From positions 1 through 64,000 of the forward strand of contig NGBS01000292.1 of assembly GCA_002245135.1 (NCBI GenBank): a stretch of 64,000 nucleotides of DNA, written 5' to 3'. Shown here piece by piece: positions 11,068-23,824 of the stretch. A program made the translations under genes and the position numbers. The DNA is from Proteromonas lacertae. Taxonomy: Eukaryota. Each line of letters starts with the position of its first letter. Positions within the stretch are counted from its first letter, which is position 1. The notes beneath the pieces were generated by a model that was not told where the DNA came from, did not search any database, and worked only from the letters and a program-made list of their open reading frames with translations.

Positions 11068-13107
11068 ATGGATATTAGAATGTTCTTTGGTGGAGGAAAC
11101 AAATCCAGTGCTCCTCATCCTGTACCAAAAGCTGATAATAAGAATCAGGAATCGAAAATACCACACAAATCTACACATAGTAACGAACATCGTTCATCTA
11201 AATCTATAGATGCTGAAAATAATGACTTTAATGCAAGTATAATAATATTTGTTCATTTTAGGTCAAATGAAAAGAAAATCCGATAGTAGTGAATCTAAGA
11301 TACCACATTCAAAGCATCATGATAAATCTGATAATACTGAACCGCCAAAGAAGCGTCTGCATAAAGGAACAACAAATGAACCAGTAGTTGATTTATCTTC
11401 CAAACCAAAAGAGATTAAACATCACAAGCATGATGAATCCGCAACTAAAAGAAAAAGTGATGGAGTTGTTGAGAATAAAGAAAGTAAAATAGCTAAATCA
11501 AATGAATTAAAGCCAATTCCAAAACCAAAACCAGAAGAGAAGAAATCACAACCACAACAACAACCTCCTCCTCCTCCTCCTTCATCATCATCTACTCCAT
11601 CATCAATACCTCCACCTTCAAAATTAAAGAGAAAGAACAATCCATTAGCTTTAAAATCATCAAAACCATCATCATCAAATACAACAGCTACAGCTTCTAC
11701 TGCAACAAAAACATCTTCAACCCCAGAACCACCCATAACAACCAAAAAATCCCCCAAAGTGACAAAAGTAAAACCAGATGAACAAAAAGCATCTCCACCT
11801 AAACCTAAGTCAAATAGAGCATTTTATTTCATGACAAAAGGAATGATTCAACCTCCACATCATGGTGAATTAGATATGCCAGTAGGAAAACCAAACTGTT
11901 TAGCAAATAAAACATTTGTAATAACAGGAGTATGTGATCATTTTACACGAGAGGAAATAACTGAATTAGTACAAGAATATGGAGGTAAAGTAACAACAGC
12001 AGTAAGTGGTAAAACAAGTTATTTGATTGTTGGTAATACATTAGAAGATGGTAGGCCAGTTACTGAAGGATCAAAGTATAAGAAAGCATCTGAACAAACA
12101 CATACACCAATATTGGATGAAAAACAATTTTGTGATTTGATTAATAAAACTAATCCAAATCCAACACAAGATAATAAGAATAATGATAAACTAAAATCAG
12201 ATAGTAACAGTGGATCAATGAAGTCAGTAATGTCTATTTCAATACCAATAAATGATGATCAAAACAATAAAACCAGTATAAAGAATGCAATATTGAAAAG
12301 AGGCACAGACAATGAATTATGGACTGATAAATATAAACCAACCAAAATCAATGATATAATAGGTAATAGCAATAATATTAAGCAATTAAAAGAATGGCTA
12401 GAGAATTGGGAATCTTTACATTTACATGTATCATCATCAGATAATCAATCAAAAACACCAACACCAGCTAAAGATAATAAAGACAAATCAAAGAAAACTC
12501 CATCAAAAAGAAGAAATGATTTAAAGAAGGCTGTATTGATATCAGGACCTCCAGGAATAGGTAAAACCACAACAGCTACAATAATAGGTAAAGAATTAGG
12601 ATATGAAATATTCGAAATGAATGCAAGTGATACAAGGAATAAATCAGCAATAGAAGAACAATTAAAAGAAGCAATAAATGGAAATTGTGTAATAAGTTTC
12701 ACTGTAAAGAATAACCACAATCGATTAGTAATAATGGATGAAGTAGATGGTATGTCCAGTGGAGATAGAGGCGGGATGAGTGAATTAATAAAACAAATTG
12801 ATAAATGTAAATGTCCGATTATTTGTATATGTAATGATAGACAGAATAATAATATTAGAACATTAGCCAATCATTGTAAAGATTTACAGTTTATGAAACC
12901 TCCATTAATATCAATAAGAACTAAAATGATGAATATTGCAAAGAATGAAGGATTAATTATTGAACCAAATGCAATGGATACAATAATAGAATCATCCAAT
13001 TATGATATTAGACAAATATTGAATAATATGCAAATGTTAAGAAAAACTCAGTTATCTGTGAATAAATCATATATTTCTGATCATGTTAATTCTACATCCA
13101 AAGATGT

Positions 13108-13154
<47 letters not shown>

Positions 13155-14079
13155 GTTAATAGAATCCAGCAACAAATGCATTTGAAGCATGTAAAGTTAT
13201 ACTTTATACAGATACAACTGCAACTAAAGTTCCACCGTTTTATCAGCGATTAGAATCATTTTATGTTGATTATGATATGGTTCCATTATTGGTTCATGTA
13301 TATATATATTATTAATATATAGGAAAACTATATAACATCAATTAACAACTGTAGGACACTACCAGAAGAAGAGAAACTAAGAAGAATGTTAGAATGTAGT
13401 GAAATATTAAGTACAGAATCAATAATGTCTAGTCATTTACGTCTAAATCAATCATGGAGTCTATTATCTTATATAGGATATATGAATGTAAGTGTAGGTT
13501 CAATATGTAAAGGAACACTAGGAATGCCTTCATTTCCAAAATGGTTAGGTAATAATAGCAGCAGAAATAAAAGGAAGAAAGATATATCACACTTATTATT
13601 GAGGTCTAAGAATATAATTAATACCTCATCAAGATCTTATAGATTGGATTATTTACCATACTTAAGATCTCATTTAATTAAACCATTATATAATGAAGAT
13701 TGCGATGTAAATGAAGTGATTAATAGTTTAGATGAATATGGTTATGATAATATTGATTTAATGGAGATAATGTGTCAATATACATTTAATAGGGAAGATT
13801 TAACATGTAATATTGATAAGAAAGTTAAAACTAATTTAACTAAAACGTATAATTTTAGTATTGTTATAGATTTATAGGTTTAATAAACGAAGTCATCTTA
13901 CATCTCAAGCATTAATTCATGATCAACAAGAAGCAATGTCATTCAGATCACTAAAGAAATCAACACCAAAGAAGAAATTAAAGAGAAACAGTAAAGTTGT
14001 TATGGAAGAAGAAGAAGAGGAAGAAAGTGAATCGATTCAAAATGATACTTTTGAAGATGAAATTATTGAATTGGATTAA
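11068..14079 (+). CDS. RFC1: Replication factor C subunit 1 (BRCT, AAA+ and RFC1 C-terminal domains)
   Basis: BRCT (FVITG...YGGKVTTAVSGKTSYL), LWTDKYKP, Walker A GPPGIGKTT, MDEVDGMS, PIICICND, VPLLVHENY, FPKWLGNNS; 4 short introns. Confidence 0.97.
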
Positions 14080-14226
14080 GTTTAAACTAAATATGCTTAT
14101 TATTATTGTTATTATTTGTTATTAACAAATACATACTCAAATATTAATGAAATATAATAAAATATGAATATTATTTAGTATATATCTCTTTTTGCTGTTA
14201 TATATTTCTTGTTTCTTCTTCACAAT

Positions 14227-14350
14227 AGAAGGATTTGTTGAGGTATTATTGAATAATTGTATATATCCTCCTGATGATGCTCCACCAAGAAGATCAAGTG
14301 CTCAAAAGTCTAAGCGAAGATTATCTCTAAGTCCTCCAGTATCAAGATAG
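14227..14350 (+). pseudogene. Orphan duplicated 3' end of the EF-hand gene at 19010-23038
   Basis: Encodes EGFVEVLLNNCIYPPDDAPPRRSSAQKSKRRLSLSPPVSR*, identical to that gene's C-terminus, with no upstream exons. Confidence 0.9.
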
Positions 14351-14407
14351 ATTAAATTAAAATACATTTTATGTTAAAATTGTTTTATTTTCATTTCATT
14401 AAAAGTG

Positions 14408-14631
14408 AACTTTTCATACGGGTCAAAGCCTTCAACTTTTCATTCAATAAAGAAGAAAAGCGACGTTCCTCGACGGTAGAATGAAATAGAAGTTACCTTC
14501 TTACTTTCTATCTTACTCCCGTTTCAAGGCTGGACCTTTCCCGAATCCTCAAAGCTTTTGGATATATCTTGTTAAATAATAACAAGATGACTGACTTTAC
14601 TATAGAAATGATCCTGTTCAAGTACAGTCTT
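14408..14631 (-). ncRNA. U3: U3 snoRNA (copy 1)
   Basis: Reverse complement of 18729-18952; begins AAGACTGTACTTGAACAGGATCATTTCTATAG (GAC box, box A' and box A). Confidence 0.88.
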
Positions 14632-14692
14632 AAAATTTTATTTTATTTTTCATTTTTATATATATTTTCAAAATATGAATTATTTTATGGCA
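14632..14692 (-). promoter_or_regulatory. snRNA-type upstream promoter element of U3 copy 1
   Basis: Mirror of 18668-18728; TGCCATAAAA at -61. Confidence 0.7.
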
Positions 14693-14875
14693 CAATAATT
14701 CAAAATTCGAAATAAAACTCATATCAACATATTTAAACTCTAATATATATAATATTCCATTAGTGTATATGCATTCTATTGAAATGGAGGGTATGTTGAG
14801 TAAAAGAGTTAGTAATATAGAAAATTGTCACTGTTTATATATTAGCAAGAATATTAGAAAATAAAGTATGATTAA

Positions 14876-15960
14876 TTATTTGATATTGAAGAATTCTTTT
14901 GATAATTCTTTCTTTTCATCTTGTGTAAGTCCTTCTATTTTTATTCTTCCAATTGACGAGAATGTTTCTAGAAATGATTGTAATTCTGATTTATCAATAT
15001 TCTCTTTCACAGTAATTGATAATTTTTTAAAAAATAGTGAATACTTCTTTATTAGCTTCCATTAATTTTAATCCACTTTCATTTAATTCATTTCATGATA
15101 GATTTATTTTTTCTAATGGATAATAATCTTTTAATCTTTCTATTAATAATCTCAATCCTTTTTCACTCATTCCAATATCTATTTCAAATAATAAACATAT
15201 AATATTCATTAAATACTTAAATGATTTAATGTAGAATCATTAACAAGTATATATTTTGATATATAATATCTATTCCTTGATCTCCAATATCATTGTTATG
15301 AATTGAAATATATTTTGAGTCTTTTGGTAAAACATCTATTAACTCTTTTAATCCTTTATTACATAATCAATCTGCTTTATAAATGAAATATGACAATCAT
15401 TGATATTCAAATCTATTTCATAATAAATATAGTATTTATACTTGAAAAATCATAATTCTTATTATCATTTATTTTCTTTTTTATACAGTAATCCAAATAA
15501 TATTCTAATTCTTCATTTGTCCATGATGAATTTTTCATTTCTATATATGGATATTCTTCTTTTTCTAAGGATTTTTGACAAATTGATTTTAATCCTTTCA
15601 TTCTAATATTATTTCCTTTGAAATTTATTGAGATTAAATTTAACTTATTTGATAATAATATAACACTTTCATCATCTATTGAGATATTACTCAAATTTAC
15701 ATAATGAAAACCAATTATTCCAACATCTAAATTGTCTAGTAATAACCTAAATCAAACATTACCAATTGGATTGTCTATTAAATCAAACATCAATATTAAA
15801 TACTATCATATTATATTCCAGAACTTTTATTTATTTATATTCTTTGTATAATTTGATTAATAGTATTACTAAGATTGATTCATAAGATTTATAATTGTAA
15901 ATATCTCAAATTTTGTGTAATAATTGCTTAATTGAAAGTTCTAGCAAATCACTTAATTTA
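14876..15960 (-). pseudogene. Decayed ribonuclease-inhibitor-like leucine-rich repeat gene (5' limit approximate)
   Basis: LRR segments INFKGNNIRMKGLKSI, ISIHNNDIGDQGI and KINLS*NELNESGL, with in-frame stops and frame breaks present in both repeat arms. Confidence 0.6.
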
Positions 15961-16304
15961 AAAATATTAACTACTACATACACTCATATATACAATTCAT
16001 GTAATATAGTTGGAGTAATGAATAAGACGGTTATAAAATATTTTGCTCAATGTTATAGCTTCAGCCATCACTTACACTTATATCAGCATTACATATTATT
16101 GCTTGTTTATTGGTTTACTAAATAACACATACAACAAAAAATACTTCAATATCTATATAATTCAAAATCATACTAACTATTAAACCTATTACATCTTATA
16201 CTCATGTTAGTAGAAATGCATTAATTTGGAGTATTATACTGTTTCTTTACATTTTTACCCTCAAATCACACCAAACTTAATTCAGATTAATTTTGAATCG
16301 AATT

Positions 16305-17460
16305 ATGTTTTGGAACGAAGTCCTATCATCTACTGAATCAGGACTAGCCGCAGGCGCGTTCGCAATTATAGCTACTGTGCTAGTAGAAAAATTGGGGGGT
16401 ATTATAGGTGGTACAATTTCAGCAATACCTTTCACTTTTATTCCTGGTTCATACGCTCTTATCACCTCAGCCAAATCTTCTGCTGATTGGAAGGCTTCAA
16501 TATCTTCAGTGGCGTTTGCTTGTTTTGGTGATCTTGTTTTCGTCGAGATGTGGAAGGTTTTACCTCCTAAAATCCCAAAACATTGGAATAAATATTTGCG
16601 AGTGATATTGATAGGTTTTCTGTCATCTTTAGTTTGGACAGCTTCATGCTTTGGTTGTACTATTATTTTTTTTCTAATTAGAAGTAAAGAAGATTGGATA
16701 GTCCCTTGTGGTTTATTGGCATGGATTATTCATTTTATATTAAGTTTGTCTTTATGTTGGAATGCTTTACCCTCAAAGAAAGCTAAAAAACACATTTCAA
16801 TATGTACATATTTCTGTCGTGGTGTATTAGCATTCTGTACAATATGTTTTGGAGCAATGATTGCGAAAATGGGTAATATGGTAGTAGCAAGTATATATAT
16901 ACATATAATTTTAATATATATTAAATATAGCTGTTGTGACAGAATTTCCTGCAATTTTCTTAACTACTTTAGCTTCAATGTTTATATCTCACGGTGATGA
17001 TGTTGGTCTTGGAGCTACAGGTCCACTGATGTTAGGTGGAGATGCATGGGCAGCATTTGCAGCAATATTATCCACATTAGAAACGTATAGTCCATTACCT
17101 ACCTTTGTGAATATTGGATTAACTCTATTATTAACAATATTCTGCGTTTCTGTTCCAAGTGTATTTTATTTACAATGGAGAGAGAAGAAATCTGGTTTTA
17201 TAACAGTTCGTTCAATAGAATTACCAGTTGAATCTCCAGAGAATATTGATATTCCATCTCCTATTATATCTCCATCATCTCCTGCTACTATAATTAAAAC
17301 AAGAGAAACTGAAGGTACTTCTTGTGCTGTAATGATTAGTCCTCCACCTCCACCTGATACTGAAGAAATACAAGGTGAAGATGGATTTAATGAAGAGAAT
17401 CGAATAAAAACAAAACATTATACAGAAACATCCTCTTTATTACATAATTCAAATGAGTAA
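16305..17460 (+). CDS. Multi-pass membrane protein with an internal two-fold repeat and Pro/Ser-rich tail (2 exons)
   Basis: About 9-10 hydrophobic segments; ATVLVEKLGGIIGGTISAIP and MIAKMGNMVVATVVTEFPAIF; intron about 16892-16930. Confidence 0.8.
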
Positions 17461-18667
17461 TGAAATGTATTTCATTATCACACATATATAATATATATTA
17501 ATTATAAAAATCGTGATAAATTTTGTTTTTATATAATTTTGTTGTTATATCATATTGATTTAATTTTTTTATATGGGATGATTATTGTTATCTATGAAAT
17601 AAATGTTTATATCATTAAACAAAGAATTTATTTTTCAACTCTTTATTAAGAATATTTCAATAACATATGGTAATTAAATAACACAACTTCAATATTGCAA
17701 ACATATCCTTACATAAACTTAATTGATCATAATAAATTTCAAAGGAAATAATATTAGAATGAAAGGATTAAAATCAATTTGTCAAAAATCCTTAGAAAAA
17801 GAAGAATATCCATATATAGAAATGAAAAATTCATCATGGACAAATGAAGAATTAGAATATTATTTGGATTACTGTATAAAAAAGAAAATAAATGATAATA
17901 AGAATTATGATTTTTCAAGTATAAATACTATATTTATTATGAAATAGATTTGAATATCAATGATTGTCATATTTCATTTATAAAGCAGATTGATTATGTA
18001 ATAAAGGATTAAAAGAGTTAATAGATGTTTTACCAAAAGACTCAAAATATATTTCAATTCATAACAATGATATTGGAGATCAAGGAATAGATATTATATA
18101 TCAAAATATATACTTGTTAATGATTCTACATTAAATCATTTAAGTATTTAATGAATATTATATGTTTATTATTTGAAATAGATATTGGAATGAGTGAAAA
18201 AGGATTGAGATTATTAATAGAAAGATTAAAAGATTATTATCCATTAGAAAAAATAAATCTATCATGAAATGAATTAAATGAAAGTGGATTAAAATTAATG
18301 GAAGCTAATAAAGAAGTATTCACTATTTTTTAAAAAATTATCAATTACTGTGAAAGAGAATATTGATAAATCAGAATTACAATCATTTCTAGAAACATTC
18401 TCGTCAATTGGAAGAATAAAAATAGAAGGACTTACACAAGATGAAAAGAAAGAATTATCAAAAGAATTCTTCAATATCAAATAATTAATCATACTTTATT
18501 TTCTAATATTCTTGCTAATATATAAACAGTGACAATTTTCTATATTACTAACTCTTTTACTCAACATACCCTCCATTTCAATAGAATGCATATACACTAA
18601 TGGAATATTATATATATTAGAGTTTAAATATGTTGATATGAGTTTTATTTCGAATTTTGAATTATTG

Positions 18668-18728
18668 TGCCATAAAATAATTCATATTTTGAAAATATAT
18701 ATAAAAATGAAAAATAAAATAAAATTTT
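18668..18728 (+). promoter_or_regulatory. snRNA-type upstream promoter element (USE/PSE-like) of U3
   Basis: TGCCATAAAATAATTCATATTT...ATATATAAAAATGAAAAATAAAATAAAATTTT, nearly identical to and at the same -61 offset as the U4 upstream region. Confidence 0.75.
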
Positions 18729-18952
18729 AAGACTGTACTTGAACAGGATCATTTCTATAGTAAAGTCAGTCATCTTGTTATTATTTAACAAGATATATCC
18801 AAAAGCTTTGAGGATTCGGGAAAGGTCCAGCCTTGAAACGGGAGTAAGATAGAAAGTAAGAAGGTAACTTCTATTTCATTCTACCGTCGAGGAACGTCGC
18901 TTTTCTTCTTTATTGAATGAAAAGTTGAAGGCTTTGACCCGTATGAAAAGTT
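18729..18952 (+). ncRNA. U3: U3 snoRNA (copy 2), about 224 nt
   Basis: 5' AAGACTGTACTTGAACAGGATCATTTCTATAG matches U3 boxes A'/A; hinge hairpin ATCTTGTTA/TAACAAGAT; box C' TGAGGA; stems GGTC/GACC and AGCCTT/AAGGCT; box D-like ATGA closed by a terminal CTTT/AAAG stem. Confidence 0.88.
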
Positions 18953-19009
18953 CACTTTTAATGAAATGAAAATAAAACAATTTTAACATAAAATGTATTT
19001 TAATTTAAT

Positions 19010-22000
19010 CTATCTTGATACTGGAGGACTTAGAGATAATCTTCGCTTAGACTTTTGAGCACTTGATCTTCTTGGTGGAGCATCATCAGGAGGATATATA
19101 CAATTATTCAATAATACCTCAACAAATCCTTCTTTTGTTATTCCTTCTTCATCAGAAATATTCTTATCCATACTATGAATTTGTTGGAACAATTCATTCA
19201 CTTTCTTTTCTGGTAAATCAGAAGTACCTGTACAATGAGCCATAACTTTCTTAAATTCGTCTAATTCCATTAATCCACTATTATCTTCATCATACAAATC
19301 AAACAGTTTAAAGTAAGCTTCTCTCCAAGAAAGCATATCATCTAAATAAATATCACTAAAACCATTCAAAAATGTATCAATATTCACTACTTTATCTCCC
19401 ATTCCTTTAGCTCCTACACTCATTGCATCTATTTTAATATCATGAATGAAACGAACTAACTTCTTTTGTCCAGATACTGTAATAAAATATGTTTTGTGAA
19501 TAACATCATCTACTCCTTCATCTTGAACTGAATCTGGTTGACTTTGAGTATCATCTGGTTGTTCAGCTAACAGATCAGACAATACGGAATTATCAAACGC
19601 AAATATCTCTTCGACAGCATTTAATAAGGAAGCACAACTCATAAATCCTCCTCCTTGTATATCCATTCTTATTCTTATCTGGTTCAATCTTTTGATTGAT
19701 AATGACAATAAACCCAACATCACATCACATAATTGAGGTGTATATCTATCACCACGGTAAATACCTAACAATGTAGCAAATACTCTCACTCTAATTGAAT
19801 GTTCCACTGTATCATTCACATTGTGACATAACCCATAAATATATTCATCTGATATTTTCTTAAGTCCATATTTTTGTGTGAAATAATCTCTCACATGCAT
19901 TGGTAATGCTGTTCTTTCATGGCCTTCTCGATCATTGGTTTGATCTGCAATTGCTTTACTTTGATATATATCACATATTACTGATTCTAATTGCAATAGT
20001 GATAATTTCTTTCCTTTCTTATGTTTCTTTTTCATGTATTGACTCCATGGTAGTGGTTTTGAGTAGAATAACGACATTGTAGTGGCACTTGATCGTTTAT
20101 CTTCTTTCTTCGGCACATATTCTTCTGGTATACTTGATATACTTCCTATTTCTTTCACATATGACATTGTAGTTGGATCACTTGCTATTTGGTCAGTTTG
20201 AGTACTAACGGAATGCTTTTCAATATATCTAATATATATATATATATATATATAACAGAAAATATATAATACGGTGGAGAAGATGATCTGTTGTTGAAAT
20301 TAGGAGCATTTGACTTAATCTCGGGAGATCCCTTCAATCTCTCTGTCCTTGGTGGTGTAGAATATCCATTCAATGGAGAAGGTTTACGACTTTCATTTGG
20401 AGAATCACCAAATGATTTTGGACTTTTACTTTTTTTCGCACCTTTTGGGGTTTGCAAATAACTAACCGTTTCATTAAATCGAACTTTATTTCCTTTGCCT
20501 TTTTTCTTGCCTTTTCTCATTTCATCATCATCTTCATTATCATAATTCTCTTCATCTTCATCATCTTCATCTTCTTCATCACTGCCATTCATCTTCCTAC
20601 CATCATTATACTCATCAATCTTATTACTTCTAGTACTACCTCTAGAATCAGTTCGTTTACTACCTCTACTACTTCCTCTACTAACTGGTCGACTATTTGA
20701 ACCGCTTCCACCACCATTACCTCCTTTACCTTTTTTCTTGTGTTTTACTCTGTTTATTTCATCATTATCTGAACCATTATCTTCATTATTGTCACTATTA
20801 TCATTTTCACTTTCACTGTCAGATGAATCAGAATTTTTGGTTGAATTCTTTCTCTTCTTGATTCTTTTGAACTTTGAAGATACTGAAGGAGATTGTGTTC
20901 TTTCTGGAGTAACACTGTTACTATTATTGTTAAGATTATTATTATTATTATTATTGTCATTTTGTATTTTATCTAAACCAAATTTCTTCATCAATTTTCT
21001 ATTAATAATATAAGCAATAATAATATATACTCTTTACTTAGTTTCAAATGATCCAATAACCAATCTTCCGACACATTTGGCAATAATTTCTCCAACATTG
21101 ATTTTACATTATTCGCATTCATACCTCCAATAATATCATCACTACACTTAGCCACATCCACAACAATTGGACCTTTCTCCTGTGGATTTGCCTTTAAGAA
21201 TGGTGAAGCTAATTCATTGAATTGATGATTATCTAAATGTGCTCTTAATAATTCCAATAAATAAGTGAATAATTCCCTTGCATCTAATATACCAATACCT
21301 TTATAAATTCTTCTATTAAAAGAGGATAAATCACCAATCAAATCTTTTTGATGAGTTTGACTCTTATCATCAGTTAGAAGTATTTTTAAGATTGATTCAC
21401 CAAAGGAAGGTGGTGTTTCTTTATATAAATACATTATTATATCTTCTAATGTTCTTTGGTTAAAACCATGTAATATTTCCTTTGTATACTATTTATAATT
21501 AGAATTTATAGTTTATAATTTATTTATACACATGATAAATCATATATTTTTGTATCATCTAATGCTAATTCAGTAGGTGGTCTTGCTAATAACCAATCTA
21601 ATACTTCAATTTCTAATTGCTCACCACACTATAATTATACATAAATAAATAAATAAATAATATACAAGATCAATTAATTTAAAAGTAACAGTTTTTGCAT
21701 CTTCAAATGACATTCCATCCAATAAGAATCCAGCACAATTCTTAATATCACCAATACAGTCATCTTTAATAAATTTATTCTCCAATAACATCCTTAAAGC
21801 TTGTAATCTGTCTCTATCATTCAAATTCATTACAAATTCATTCACTGTCATTTCCTTATGTATTACTGATGGTAATTCAGCCTTTTGTTCTGGAGATTGT
21901 GCTCTAGATGCTGGTAATGATAATCTTGCAGTACTTAATCTTCTAGAAGATTCTTGAGATGGTGATGGAATTCTACTAGATAATAGTAATTGTGGTAATG

Positions 22001-23038
22001 GCTTAGTATAATCAATAGTTGGTGATTCTGTTAACTCGTCTAAGAATCGAGCTTGCATTGATACAAAATCATTTTCTTCTGCATCTTGATCTACTAAAGG
22101 TTCTAATTTGAATTTCTGGTTTGTATGCTCCATCATATCATAGTATAAATTCGCTAAATGTTTAGTAACTCCAGATGCTGTTACTTCATTCGGCATTGGT
22201 TGTTGATCAAAGAGTTTATTGACTGCTTCTAATTCACTGTTTAGTTCATTTATTGCTTTGTCTTTTTCTCCTATTATATTCTTTAATTCTTTGATTCTTT
22301 CTTGTAATTGTAATTCTCTTCCTGTTGTACCAATATCTAATTCATGTTTAGTGTAAGTATATGTATCATATAAACTAGACATTCTTTGATTTGTTTCTCC
22401 CCATATTCTTACTAACATACGTCTATATATATATATATATAATATATTTATTATACGATAGTTCTATTGATGTTAAAGAAACTTGATGACAAACTTCATT
22501 AAATGCGATTGTATAAACATCAGACTTTTCTGCAAAATCTTTTGTTACATCTTTTGTTTTTCTAAATGACTTTAATTTTTCATTTAACCAATTCTCCACT
22601 TTAGTAGTACTTTCTAAAGTATTTGGCATCTGATTTTTACCTAAAAATATACTATTCCTCCACAATGATTCTAATGCCTGAGCAGATTTACCTTGATGTA
22701 TTTGTAGTAACCTCCAATTCCACTCTCTATCTGCTAATTCTTCTTTATCTACATGTTTCTTTATTGGTGAAGTTTGTGCAGGTGGTCGAAGAGTAGGAGG
22801 TGGATTACATGGTAAATTCGATCTTTTTTGACTTGGCATTATCGGATAACACGTGATATCATCAATCATTGGAAATGAAGGATATTGTTTAACAACTGGA
22901 GTAATTGGAGATTTAACTATTAATTAAAAAGAATAGAATACATCTTGCAGGCTTAATTGGTGTCAAAGCCGTGGTAGATTTAGATTTATTTCTATAAAGT
23001 TGTAACATATGTTGATACTTTACAGTTGACTTATTCAT
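19010..23038 (-). CDS. Large multi-exon putative flagellar protein: axonemal dynein light chain-like segment, acidic/basic linker, TSNAXIP1-like region, C-terminal EF-hands
   Basis: DVYTIAFNEVCHQVSL...LVRIW resembles the axonemal dynein light (p28-type) domain; ICDIYQSKAIAD...RDYFTQKYGLKKI; EF-hand DEDNSGLMELDEF; ORFs separated by short GT-AG introns. Confidence 0.65.
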
Positions 23039-23404
23039 ATATGTATATACTCTCTATTTCCTTCAATATGACAAAAACGAATAATAATGAAACGAATAAA
23101 TTTATTAAAATGTAATTAAGAAGGGAATAGACGTTGTTAAGTAAAAAAAACTGTTTAAAATGTTTATTAAAGAGTATCTGGACTTGTAAAAGCTTTAAAA
23201 AAAGACAATTAAGTGATGTATGCTTTATTCTAAAAGTATATATATTTCGTTGGTATAAAAGTTGCTTTATATGTTTATAGTGTTTTCATTCTTATATAAT
23301 GTAATTCTTAGTTTTTTGTTGTTTCAAAAATTAATCCGTTTAATAGAATTTAGTGTTTTTATATTTCTTTCTACACATCTAGAATTCAATCAATTTTACT
23401 ACAT

Positions 23405-23824
23405 ATGAGTTTAGAATATGATAGCATGTCACATGTTAGAAGGTTGTATGATTATGAAGACTTTGGAACAATTGGAACATTGATGATGATTGTTTTTATT
23501 GTTTTGTGGATATCAACTTGTATAATTATTCTCAGAAGATGTTTAATCCGGCAAAGAATTATAAGAGAAATAGCACAGAATAACCCAAACGGCACAATTG
23601 CGCTTGTAGGTGATGGTCGTGTAATAACTCTTATTCCTGTTGATAATAATGGTGGAGTAGTACAAGGTGTTCCATGTCAATATCCTGTTAACAATCAAAA
23701 TCCTTCAAACTATTATTCTCCAAATCAACAACAAGGTGCATATGAAGAAGAACCAACGTATCTCAATCCTACTATTGCTGAAATACCAGAAAAACAAAGT
23801 GATATAGTAAATATTAATCCATAA
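23405..23824 (+). CDS. Small single-pass membrane protein with a Gln/Pro/Tyr-rich tail
   Basis: 139 aa ORF; one hydrophobic helix followed by RRCLIRQR. Confidence 0.7.
   Translation: MSLEYDSMSHVRRLYDYEDFGTIGTLMMIVFIVLWISTCIIILRRCLIRQRIIREIAQNNPNGTIALVGDGRVITLIPVDNNGGVVQGVPCQYPVNNQNPSNYYSPNQQQGAYEEEPTYLNPTIAEIPEKQSDIVNINP

Larger units (their letters stand above)
14227..15629. repeat. Left arm of a 1403 bp inverted repeat (partner 17731-19133)
   Basis: Reverse-complement identity at every point checked (coordinate sum 33360); mirrored ORFs 14868-15065/18295-18492 and 15413/17947. Confidence 0.95.
17731..19133. repeat. Right arm of the 1403 bp inverted repeat
   Basis: Reverse complement of 14227-15629; contains a 5'-truncated LRR remnant (17731-18484), U3 and the native 3' end of the 19010-23038 gene. 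Confidence 0.95.

Noticed and set aside
13109..13150. Long (TA)n tract (also about 20232, 22424, 28645 and 41883) and (TAA)n tracts
   Set aside because: Ordinary microsatellite slippage inside introns; it explains the YIYIYI and IIII/LLLL ORF tails.
15195..15215. In-frame stops in the LRR remnant region (for example TGA in KINLS*NEL near 15094) as possible selenocysteine or recoding
   Set aside because: The same remnant has TAA stops and frameshifts, and no SECIS was recognised; pseudogene decay is sufficient.
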